19,380 bases of DNA from Promethearchaeota archaeon (GCA_048941015.1 JBHLNZ010000056.1:1-19380); one strand, 5' to 3'. Shown: positions 1 to 8,345, counted from the first letter of the stretch. Notes: generated from the sequence alone by a model not told the origin. A program made the numbers and translations.

Positions 1-486
1 TATCAAGAATTCATTGATTTTTTGAACATTAAAACTAAAGGCAATTTATTTATTGTAAGGGGTAATATGGATTATTACTATGGTAATAGAGATGCTCCAA
101 TGTATCAAAAAATGCAATTAAGTTTTTCAGATAATAATATAATGACGATTGGTTTAACTCATGGACATCAAATTGCGTTAAGAGGAAATCATGCTCAACT
201 TGAATCTCTGGCAATGGATAATAATTATAATATTCTAATCTCTGGTCACACTCATAAAGAGGAAGTATTTCTCACTTCAAAAGGAATTTTATTATTAAAT
301 CCTGGGAGTGTAACGGGTGCCTGGTCTTTTTTAGCTAGCGGAAATCCTTCGTTTATCGTTTTAATGATAAATGAGAAAACTGGAGAGATATATGCAATTT
401 TATATCAAATGGACAAATTCTCTTCAAAAATTAATGAATTAAAAATATTATTTCTCTTCAAAAACAGTAGAATTCTTTATAAGTAA
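1..486 (+). CDS. YfcE/Vps29-family metallophosphoesterase, 5'-truncated by the window edge
   Basis: Frame 1 is open from base 1 (YQEFIDFLNIK...), so the track's TTG at 22 is probably internal. Calcineurin-like motifs are present: VRGNMD, LTHGHQ, ISGHTH, LNPGS. The NPGSVTGA...PSFIVL segment resembles Vps29. Confidence 0.85.
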   Translation, partial: YQEFIDFLNIKTKGNLFIVRGNMDYYYGNRDAPMYQKMQLSFSDNNIMTIGLTHGHQIALRGNHAQLESLAMDNNYNILISGHTHKEEVFLTSKGILLLNPGSVTGAWSFLASGNPSFIVLMINEKTGEIYAILYQMDKFSSKINELKILFLFKNSRILYK

Positions 487-617
487 AATTTTTTTTGCTC
501 TAATTATACCGAATTTTTTAATTTAAGTGCATTAAATAAAATATTTATTGTTAGAACTCTTTAGCAATCTATCTGGAATTTAGCTTAAATCAAATAATCA
601 AAAATAGTGATTGTTAG

Positions 618-1025
618 TTGGATTCTGAAGAATTATATGAAAAATTAAAAACATTTTTTCCAAATGAATTAGATTTAATGAGACATCTGAATGTAAATGC
701 CTGTTGGGAGTATATAATTACTGAAAATACTACTTACGATACCAATATTAAATTATACTACTTTTTAATCAAAAGGAATAAAAATACTTTAGAAATGACA
801 AAAGAAAAGCCTGATATTAAACCAGATTTAATTTTATATTTCACAGAAAAAGCTATTTTAAATATGATTGAAGGAAATCCAAGCGCAGAAGAATATTATA
901 TACGTTATCATAAAGCTATGAATAATCCTAAGCCTGGTATTGAAGTGGACAATAAAATTAATAAAGCTAGACTTAAACTTTGGCAGATTGGGTATAAAAA
1001 ATGGCAAAAAGACTTTAAATTTTGA
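618..1025 (+). CDS. Hypothetical protein, possibly a divergent SCP2 (sterol carrier protein 2)-like fold
   Basis: 135-aa ORF with a TTG start preceded by AGTGA. The segment KPDLILYFTEKAILNMIEG resembles the SCP2 'PD-beta strand-helix-G' region. The fold call is tentative. Confidence 0.55.
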   Translation: MDSEELYEKLKTFFPNELDLMRHLNVNACWEYIITENTTYDTNIKLYYFLIKRNKNTLEMTKEKPDIKPDLILYFTEKAILNMIEGNPSAEEYYIRYHKAMNNPKPGIEVDNKINKARLKLWQIGYKKWQKDFKF

Positions 1026-1290
1026 TTTGGTCCTACTGATTCTTATAAAAGCATATAAGTAGTTGATCTAAAAAACCTATTTTTAATCTCCATTGTGCCA
1101 TTTTCCTTAGGTTTAGAATACATATCTATCATCAAGGTATTTTTTATTATTTTATAAATTTATCAATTTTAATTAAACGTAAGTTTTAACTAATATGCTT
1201 ATAAAATTTTTAGGTTTCTCTATTTTTTAATAAACTAATGTTAATTATTTAAAGCAATTTACTTAAAATATTAAGACTTTGACACTTTTG

Positions 1291-1309
1291 AATAAACTTT
1301 TATATATAA
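1291..1309 (+). promoter_or_regulatory. Candidate archaeal BRE/TATA promoter for the 1351-6754 gene cluster
   Basis: AATAAAC followed by TTTTATATATAA about 45 nt upstream of ATG 1351. The AT-rich background limits specificity. Confidence 0.4.
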
Positions 1310-1350
1310 TTAAATCATAATTATCTTTACTAGCTGAGGTGAAAAATCTA

Positions 1351-2835
1351 ATGGTAGAAATAGAACAAATTGTTGGCGAAAAGGGTAAAGAACTAATTTA
1401 TCACAAGAGAAGAACAAATCATAATACTATTTTAAAAGATTTAATCGATATAGTCGGTGAGGAATTTGTAATGGATGATTCCGCAAGTCTATTCGTTTAT
1501 TCGGGGGATATGACTGAAAATGTCCCTCATATGCCTGAGTTTGTAGTGGCACCTTTAACTACTGAGGAAGTTCAAAAAATCGTTCTCTTGGCTAACAGAG
1601 AAAAAATACCTGTAGTTCCTTTCGTATCAGGAAGCAACTTAGGAGGATTAACAATTCCACTAGAGGGAGGTATTATTGTTGATCTAAAAAGAATGAACAA
1701 GGTCTTAGAAGTAAATGAACGGGATCAATATGCCATTATAGAGGCGGGTGTTACATTCTCAAATATTAAAAACTTTCTTGACAAGAATCATCCAGATTAT
1801 GTATATACTTATACATATGCTACACCAGCAGCTGGTGTTGTTCCTAATGCGCTTTTGGAAGGGCTTGCCACGCTCTCTAGTAAATATGGAACCACAGCTG
1901 CATTTATTAATGGTCTTGAGGCAGTGCTTCCAACAGGGGAGATAGTAAAGGTAGGATCTTGTGCTGCTAGCAATTATTGGTTTAGTCGTAATCCATTACC
2001 CGATCTAGTTGGGCTTTTTACTTCTTGGCAAGGTATGACTGGTATTGTAACTAAACTTGCGGTTCAACTTGAACCTAGGCCAGCTTACACAGGAATTAAA
2101 ATAATTATGCTAGACGATGTCCATAAAGGCTTTCGATTAATGGAAGAATTAGGTAGAACACAAATTCTCGATAATTTAATTATGTTTAATTGGGGATTGA
2201 TGTATTCTGTAATTAAAATGCCTAGAGAGACTGCAGGGAGCAAACCAATGGAAGGCACACCCGATTTATACTTAGAAATGGATATCTCAGCTATGAATAC
2301 TGCAAAAGAATTTGAAGCAAAAGTTGAAATTATTGAGGAATTTGGCAAGAAATACGAATCTGCCGTCTGGGATTATAAGACTGTAGGAGATGGCATAACA
2401 TTGGTTCTTGATGTCCCTATGACTTTTTCGGGGTTATTTACTCATGGACCTGGTGGTTTAACTTGGATTGGTGCTTATGGTCCATGTAGCCAATATGAAA
2501 CGGCTTGGAACACCGCAACTGAAGTTTTTGCAAGACACCCAAGAATAACTCCTTGGCTTTATGCTAAAACGTTTAAAAACGGACATTTTGGAGCAGTAAG
2601 AACACTCATGGGTTTTGATAGATCAAATGCTGAAGAAGTGAGAGAAATTAGAGAACTTATGAAAGAAATGGGAGAAGCGTTAATGAACCTTGGTTTTATA
2701 CCATATAAAACTCCAGTAGAGATTGCTGAAATGTTATTAGAAAGAAGCGACCCAAATTTCGCACTTTTTTTGAAAAAAATTAAGAATGCATTAGATCCAA
2801 ATCGAATAATGAATCCAGGAAGGTGGAATTTATAA
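1351..2835 (+). CDS. FAD-binding oxidoreductase, VAO/PCMH superfamily (FAD_binding_4 plus FAD-oxidase C-terminal domain)
   Basis: FAD-binding motifs P..VVAP.TTEEVQKIV, GSNLGG, GGIIVDLKRMNKV, EAGV, GLEAVLPTGEIV, GIVTKL and the C-terminal LDPNRIMNPG. Start moved to ATG 1351 because the track's GTG (1339) lies inside the SD-like GAGGTGA (1336-1342). Confidence 0.9.
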   Translation: MVEIEQIVGEKGKELIYHKRRTNHNTILKDLIDIVGEEFVMDDSASLFVYSGDMTENVPHMPEFVVAPLTTEEVQKIVLLANREKIPVVPFVSGSNLGGLTIPLEGGIIVDLKRMNKVLEVNERDQYAIIEAGVTFSNIKNFLDKNHPDYVYTYTYATPAAGVVPNALLEGLATLSSKYGTTAAFINGLEAVLPTGEIVKVGSCAASNYWFSRNPLPDLVGLFTSWQGMTGIVTKLAVQLEPRPAYTGIKIIMLDDVHKGFRLMEELGRTQILDNLIMFNWGLMYSVIKMPRETAGSKPMEGTPDLYLEMDISAMNTAKEFEAKVEIIEEFGKKYESAVWDYKTVGDGITLVLDVPMTFSGLFTHGPGGLTWIGAYGPCSQYETAWNTATEVFARHPRITPWLYAKTFKNGHFGAVRTLMGFDRSNAEEVREIRELMKEMGEALMNLGFIPYKTPVEIAEMLLERSDPNFALFLKKIKNALDPNRIMNPGRWNL

Positions 2836-4016
2836 CTGAAATAGAAAACTGGACATCATTATGCACCAGATGTGGCACCTGTCATACTATATACAAACTT
2901 AAATTGTGGGAAAGAAGCAACCCTGATTGGCTCCCAATTTGTCCTGCAGGGGAAAAATATGGTTTTGAACCATACTATTCTAGTGGCAAAATGTGGATTG
3001 CCAGAGGAGTCACAGAAGGTAAGTTGGATCTAGATGACCCGGGGCTTCTAAAGATAATCTATAGCTGCACTTTGTGTGGAAATTGTGAAAAGCAGTGCCA
3101 AACAGATATATTGAATGAACATATAACCGAAATAATTGAGGTTTTAAGAGAAAGAGCTGTAGAATCTGAAATAGGACCTATGCCGAAACAAAAAGAGTTT
3201 GGACAGTGGATTAAAAAAGAATATAACCCGTATATGGAACCTCATAAGGAAAGGCTAAACTGGTTTCCATTTGATATAGCAGAATTGCCTGATAAAGCCG
3301 ATATAGTATATTTTGTAGGTTGTACTTCTTCTTACAGACAAAAAAACATAGCATCAGCCACTGCAAACATTCTAAAGAAGTTAGCTCTCAACTTCACTAT
3401 TCTAGAGGATGAATGGTGTTGTGGTTCTCCACTCCAAAGAACTGGGCAATCAGAGACTGCAAGGGAGTGTGCAGTGCATAATATTGAAGAATTGAAAAAA
3501 GCTGGTGTAAAACAAGTTGTCACATCCTGCTCTGGATGTTATAGAATGCTAATCAAGGATTACAAAGAAAAATATGGATTAGATTATGATTTTGAGGTAA
3601 TACATTTTCCAGTCTTCCTTTTGGACTTGATCAATAAAGGAGACTTAAAACTGGAGAAAGGATTTAACCAAATAATAACATATCATGACCCATGTCACAT
3701 TGGTCGACATATGGGTATTTATGATTCTCCAAGAGAGCTATTAGAAAAAATTCCAGGTGTAAAACTTGTTGAAATGGATAGAATTAGGGATAATGCTTGG
3801 TGCTGCGGATCTGGAGGAGGCGTGAAATCAGCGTTTAATGACTTAGCGATGTTTGCTGCAAAAGAAAGATGTGATGAGGCTATGAGGACAGGTGCACAAG
3901 GTATAGTATCTTCATGTCCTTTTTGTTGGCGGAATTTAAATGATGCAATCGAAGAAAACAATCTAAACATAAAAATGTACGACCTTGTTGAACTTGTATG
4001 GGAATCAATTAAATAG
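2823..4016 (+). CDS. HdrD/GlcF-like Fe-S oxidoreductase (two 4Fe-4S motifs plus two CCG domains)
   Basis: CTRCGTC...CP and CTLCGNCEKQC, then CCG domains FVGC...WCCG...SCSGC and YHDPCH...WCCGSGGG...SCPFC. The GTG start overlaps the upstream gene by 13 nt. Confidence 0.9.
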   Translation: MEFITEIENWTSLCTRCGTCHTIYKLKLWERSNPDWLPICPAGEKYGFEPYYSSGKMWIARGVTEGKLDLDDPGLLKIIYSCTLCGNCEKQCQTDILNEHITEIIEVLRERAVESEIGPMPKQKEFGQWIKKEYNPYMEPHKERLNWFPFDIAELPDKADIVYFVGCTSSYRQKNIASATANILKKLALNFTILEDEWCCGSPLQRTGQSETARECAVHNIEELKKAGVKQVVTSCSGCYRMLIKDYKEKYGLDYDFEVIHFPVFLLDLINKGDLKLEKGFNQIITYHDPCHIGRHMGIYDSPRELLEKIPGVKLVEMDRIRDNAWCCGSGGGVKSAFNDLAMFAAKERCDEAMRTGAQGIVSSCPFCWRNLNDAIEENNLNIKMYDLVELVWESIK

Positions 4017-4108
4017 AATCCCAGATAAAATAATTAAATAAAACAATTTAATAAAAAAAGAAAGTAATAAAATTTTATAAAAATAAAATAAATAAAAAGG
4101 GAAAATAA

Positions 4109-4990
4109 ATGTGTAGACATTGTATAAAATTTGGAGATGGGAATAAATGGTATTTGAATCCAAAAAATTTCAGCGATGAAATGATTCACGGCGAATTAAC
4201 TAAGGTAAAAATGGAAGACACTATGGTAGGGCCACTCCTTGGCGTAAAAGGTACAATTCAAGAAATAATGACCACTGCACAACGCTTTAATTATGATATC
4301 GGTTTTGGAGAACATATAGATGCGGTTTTTCCAGACTTAAACGATGATATGGCCAATACAATGCGATCAGGATTACCTGATCTCATGGATAAAGCTGTTG
4401 GTGGACAAGTAGTTCCACTTGAGGATGCTCAGAAGATTATTGATCTGAATGAAGGAGATATCTTTGTACTTCCATGCATATGCCGAAAATATTATGGTGG
4501 AGTAGAAAAAATGAGTTGTATGTTCCTTAGACCAGCAGCGAAACCGTTACAGGAAAATTTATCTTGGGATACTCCAAATAAAATGGTATCTAAGGAAGAC
4601 GCAAAGGAAATGTTAAAGGAATTTGATAAAGAAGGCCTATTCCATGGTATTTTCTGGTGTCCAGCTCCAATTCCAACTATGCTCTGTAATTGCGAATATC
4701 CATACTGCATTGCACTTAGAGCGAGACTTCATTATGATATTATTGATACTTTTAGAAAGGGAGAATATGCCTCCCTTGTAGATCCCAATAAATGTGATGG
4801 GTGTGATGGTAACCCAAGTTGTCAAACTGCATGCTCATTTGGAGCCCTAAAATATTCACCAACTAATGGTAAAGTTAGTACGAATCAGATGCAGTGTTGG
4901 GGCTGTGGTTTATGTCGAACAGCATGCCCAAACAATGCAATAACACTTATACCTCGAGAAAACATTCCCCAAATCAAAGATATGTGGTGA
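4109..4990 (+). CDS. Cys-rich 4Fe-4S ferredoxin-domain protein of unknown function
   Basis: C-terminal CDGCDGNPSCQTAC and CWGCGLCRTACP ferredoxin motifs. Extra Cys motifs MCRHC, PCICR, SCMF and CNCEYPYC. Confidence 0.8.
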   Translation: MCRHCIKFGDGNKWYLNPKNFSDEMIHGELTKVKMEDTMVGPLLGVKGTIQEIMTTAQRFNYDIGFGEHIDAVFPDLNDDMANTMRSGLPDLMDKAVGGQVVPLEDAQKIIDLNEGDIFVLPCICRKYYGGVEKMSCMFLRPAAKPLQENLSWDTPNKMVSKEDAKEMLKEFDKEGLFHGIFWCPAPIPTMLCNCEYPYCIALRARLHYDIIDTFRKGEYASLVDPNKCDGCDGNPSCQTACSFGALKYSPTNGKVSTNQMQCWGCGLCRTACPNNAITLIPRENIPQIKDMW

Positions 4991-4999
4991 GGTTAGAAA

Positions 5000-5254
5000 A
5001 TGGTAACAATAAGGCCTGATATAATTTACAATAAAGAAAAATGCGGAGATCCAAGTGCTTGTTTAAAATGTATAAAAACCTGCCCTTATGTAGTGTTAGC
5101 GTATAGGCCCTCAGAGATTCCAGAACGACCCAATCCACCTGAAGATTGGGTTGTTGTCCCAACATGTCGCGTTATGTGTACTTATCCTTCTTGTAAAGCA
5201 TGTGTTGAGATATGCCCTAATGATGCTCTTAATATCTCTATTCCTAGCGCGTAA
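5000..5254 (+). CDS. Small 2x[4Fe-4S] ferredoxin-like protein
   Basis: CGDPSACLKCIKTCP and CTYPSCKACVEICP, with expanded first-Cys spacing. Starts 9 nt after the upstream stop, with an SD-like GGTGAGG. Confidence 0.8.
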   Translation: MVTIRPDIIYNKEKCGDPSACLKCIKTCPYVVLAYRPSEIPERPNPPEDWVVVPTCRVMCTYPSCKACVEICPNDALNISIPSA

Positions 5255-5306
5255 ACTATAAAAAATTTAATAAATTTTTTTTTTTAAATGAAAATTCTTG
5301 TATAAT

Positions 5307-5966
5307 ATGATACGCGAAAAAGTCCTATGTGCAGCCGCAGCAGCTTTTTTTTCTTCGCAAGGCTATTTTGTAAGGAGAAATTTCGAGATACCTGAAAAGA
5401 AAACCGTAGATATAATTTGTATTATGCCAAGGCTTTCTGATCTAAAGAATAGGATAAAGAGTAAATATTTTGTTCCATCGGGTATTCTCTATACCTTAAT
5501 CGGTCAGGGGTGGAAAAATGCTGAGGAAATAGCGATCGAAACTAATTCAAATATTCTTTTTATTAACTCCGCTTTAGAGGAAATAAGTGAGGATGGATGG
5601 GTAGAAAAGAAAAAAGAAAGCAATAAAATCCTATGGAGGCTCAAAAATTACAGGATTCCCTCTAAGGATTGTGTGATTGCACATTGTAAATATAGAGAAT
5701 GCATGGAGTTCTTAGAAAAACTCAGTGATTTTGATGGATACTACAATAAAGCTTATCTTATATTTCCTTACCCCATTGATGAGGAATTTATGGATTTATG
5801 CCATGAAAAAGGTGTTGGGATTATGATATTCTACGAAAATGTAGGTTTTTTTAAAGAATTAATACCACCAGAGTTTAAAGAAATTACTGGCTTAAAAACT
5901 TATGCAAACCTTTGTGAAGTTATTATCAAGGAGAATCTTTTATATAAATCAATAGATAGCATTTGA
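5307..5966 (+). CDS. Hypothetical protein: degenerate PD-(D/E)XK-like fold with an inserted winged helix-turn-helix
   Basis: Nuclease-fold pattern E..(helix)..GYFV...VDII...VIAHCK...KAYLIFP...GVGIMIF. The central segment ILYTLIGQGWKNAEEIAIET...INSALEEISEDGWVEK matches a wHTH pattern. Start could be TTG 5298 or ATG 5307. Confidence 0.55.
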   Translation: MIREKVLCAAAAAFFSSQGYFVRRNFEIPEKKTVDIICIMPRLSDLKNRIKSKYFVPSGILYTLIGQGWKNAEEIAIETNSNILFINSALEEISEDGWVEKKKESNKILWRLKNYRIPSKDCVIAHCKYRECMEFLEKLSDFDGYYNKAYLIFPYPIDEEFMDLCHEKGVGIMIFYENVGFFKELIPPEFKEITGLKTYANLCEVIIKENLLYKSIDSI

Positions 5967-5989
5967 GAAGATGTAAGGAGGAATTAATA

Positions 5990-6754
5990 ATGAATTTAAG
6001 AAAGGCATTAACATTTTCAATATCAGGTAAAGGTGGTGCGGGTAAGACAACATTGACAGCATTACTACTGAAAACATTATTGGAATCCAATAAACAGGAC
6101 ATTCTTGTGATAGATGCAGACCCTGCTATGAATCTACCAAGTGTTCTCGGGATTGAATTAAGGGATAAGACTACTCTAGGAATGATTTTGGATAAAAAGA
6201 AAGACGAGTTGGAGTCAGGATCTCATATCTACAGCAAACTTTTAGAGGGGGAAATATGGGAGAGTATTATTGATCAGAATGGTTTTGATATGTTAATAAT
6301 GGGGTGGAAGAAAGGTGAGGGTTGTTATTGCGCTCTTGATAGTTTTACTGCCATAATAATCGAATCTCTAACGAAAATGTATGATATTATTCTTATTGAT
6401 TTTTATGCTGGATTCGAACATCTTAGTCGAAGAACCGATAGATCTGCAGATATTCTTTTAATTGTCACAGACCCATCTAAAATGGGATTAGAAACCTCAC
6501 GTCGAATTAAAGAACTTGTTGAAGATGTGAATATATCATTCAAGGATATTTTTTTAATAGGTAATAGGTTTAATGCAGAGTTAGAACGCCAACTTTCCGA
6601 TTTTTCAAAAGAAATTGGAGTTAGATATGGGGGATTAATTCCATATGACAAGAACATCGCAGAATTTAATTTGAAGGGTATACCGCTAATTAATATGCCG
6701 AAGGATTCTCCAGCATTAATGGCAATAAAGAACATATTAAAAACAATATTCTAA
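5990..6754 (+). CDS. cooC: CooC/AcsF-type MinD-family ATPase (nickel-insertion accessory family)
   Basis: Deviant Walker A GKGGAGKTT, IDADP, metal-binding GCYC, and D..AGFEHLSRRT. AGGAGG (5976-5981) supports ATG 5990 rather than TTG 5963. Confidence 0.85.
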   Translation: MNLRKALTFSISGKGGAGKTTLTALLLKTLLESNKQDILVIDADPAMNLPSVLGIELRDKTTLGMILDKKKDELESGSHIYSKLLEGEIWESIIDQNGFDMLIMGWKKGEGCYCALDSFTAIIIESLTKMYDIILIDFYAGFEHLSRRTDRSADILLIVTDPSKMGLETSRRIKELVEDVNISFKDIFLIGNRFNAELERQLSDFSKEIGVRYGGLIPYDKNIAEFNLKGIPLINMPKDSPALMAIKNILKTIF

Positions 6755-6870
6755 ATCTATAGGTAATGTTCTAGAGGCTCATAATTTTCTAATTAATATA
6801 TATAATTTTTTTATTAGAATATAGCAGTCTTTTTAAAAAAATTAAATAGACATTTTTCTGATATATTAAT

Positions 6871-8220
6871 GTGAACCAAAATTTAAACCCTGAAATAATT
6901 CGAGAATATTATGCCAATGGTAAATTGGATAAAAATTCCGCTTTTAAATTGTTAATTTCAATAATAGAAAAAAGTAATGATGATACTAACAGGATAAAAG
7001 CTATTGAATTAATGGGAGAAATTGAATTTTCCAATTCAAAAGAATACGAAATTTTAGAAGAATTAATGGTTTCGGATTCAAATAAGTATGTTAGAGGTAC
7101 AGCAGGGAAAATTATTATCCATAATTTCATAGAAAAAGGAATAAAGCCAATAAAATGGGCAATAAGAAATGACCCTTCACTGGATTTTTTATTTATAATT
7201 ATGGAAGATTTAAAAGTAATTGATGAAAATGTTCTCCATTTAATTTTAATCAATAAATTTAAGGAGATAATTAGTAATAAGATAAACAATGCAAATAATA
7301 GATTTATTAAATATTACATTGAAGAATTTAAACGATTATTTAAGAAAAAGTCAATTTCAAAGTTTACATGTCAAAAACTTTGTGATATGTTCCTTAATTT
7401 TAAAGTAATTTCGCAATTAATACAAAAATATGCTATTAGTGATACTCATTTCAAGTATTATTTAAAAGATGGGCTTGTTGTTAGGTTAATGATAAATGGA
7501 CAAAACATCAGAAGAATAAAAGAGATCAATGGACTTGAAAAACTAATTAATTTGGAAATTTTGGATATTTCAATGAATCAAATTATCGAAATAAACGGCA
7601 TTGAAAGTTTAATCAACCTAAAAACATTATTATTAGGAAATTTTACTCACAACGACGGGAATGAAATAACTGAGATTAAAGGACTTGAATCCCTCACACA
7701 TTTAGAATATTTAGATCTATCTTTCAACCGTATTACCAAAATCAAAAACCTTGACAATCTTACTAGCTTAAAATTTCTAAGTTTAAGAAAAAATAATATT
7801 ATTGAAATAACGGGACTCAAAAAGCTTAGAAATCTTGAACGACTGAATCTTGGAGGAAATCAAATAAAAGAAATAAAAGGGCTTGAAAGACTTACTAATT
7901 TAAAACAATTATACCTTGAAGGAAATCAAATTACCGAAATAAAAGGACTCGAAACTCTAACAAATCTAGAATGGTTAGATCTTAGTTTTAATAGGATAAA
8001 AGAAATAGAAGGACTTGAAAACCTCCTTAAATTATCTGTTTTGAATCTTAATCATAATCAAATTACAGAAGTAAACAAATTGGAAAATCTAATCAATTTA
8101 CGTTTACTTCATCTTGATAAAAATCGAATAGTTAAAATATATAACCTTGAAAATCTCAAAAAACTTGATCATTTAAGTCTTGCATTTAATCCCATTACAG
8201 AAATTAAGGATTTAAATTAG
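6871..8220 (+). CDS. HEAT-like repeat plus SDS22-type leucine-rich repeat protein
   Basis: N-terminal helical repeats (RIKAIELMG, LMVSDSNKYVRGTAG) followed by about ten 22-aa LRRs of consensus LxxLxLxxNxIxEIxGLExLxN. Confidence 0.9.
   Translation: MNQNLNPEIIREYYANGKLDKNSAFKLLISIIEKSNDDTNRIKAIELMGEIEFSNSKEYEILEELMVSDSNKYVRGTAGKIIIHNFIEKGIKPIKWAIRNDPSLDFLFIIMEDLKVIDENVLHLILINKFKEIISNKINNANNRFIKYYIEEFKRLFKKKSISKFTCQKLCDMFLNFKVISQLIQKYAISDTHFKYYLKDGLVVRLMINGQNIRRIKEINGLEKLINLEILDISMNQIIEINGIESLINLKTLLLGNFTHNDGNEITEIKGLESLTHLEYLDLSFNRITKIKNLDNLTSLKFLSLRKNNIIEITGLKKLRNLERLNLGGNQIKEIKGLERLTNLKQLYLEGNQITEIKGLETLTNLEWLDLSFNRIKEIEGLENLLKLSVLNLNHNQITEVNKLENLINLRLLHLDKNRIVKIYNLENLKKLDHLSLAFNPITEIKDLN
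7552..8217 (+). repeat. 66-bp coding repeats underlying the LRR array
   Basis: Adjacent units are visibly similar at DNA level, e.g. cttggaggaaatcaaataaaagaaataaaagggcttgaa (7849) and cttgaaggaaatcaaattaccgaaataaaaggactcgaa (7915), 66 nt apart. Confidence 0.75.
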
Positions 8221-8345
8221 TTTTTAACTTTAAGAGATTCAACATTCTAATTTTTTAGTAATTTTAAATTTAAACCATTAAATATAATCTTTTAAATTCA
8301 TATCTGTCATACTTTTTTTTTAGATTTTTAAAATTTTACTTCTTG

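Noticed and set aside
1044-1133. 29-codon minus-strand ORF (MIDMYSKPKENG...)
   Set aside because: Too short, with no SD or recognisable motif.
1351-2835. Alkyl-DHAP synthase (AGPS) or glcD/dld assignment
   Set aside because: It lacks the AGPS HHHGVG motif and the GEHG motif of 2-hydroxyacid dehydrogenases.
4985-5002. TGA at 4988-4990 as selenocysteine or readthrough joining the two ferredoxin-type genes
   Set aside because: The TGA is not in a Cys motif and overlaps the SD of the next gene, and no SECIS-like element was recognised. The downstream ORF is in frame, but a normal stop and restart is simpler.
7552-8217. LRR repeats as a CRISPR array or DGR template/variable repeat
   Set aside because: The repeats are in-frame coding units without unique spacers or adenine-specific differences, and there is no reverse transcriptase in the window.
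8218-8250. Possible TAG readthrough extending the last LRR (DLN*FLTLRDSTF)
   Set aside because: Only nine codons follow, the fit to the repeat is weak, and there is no evidence of recoding machinery in the window.
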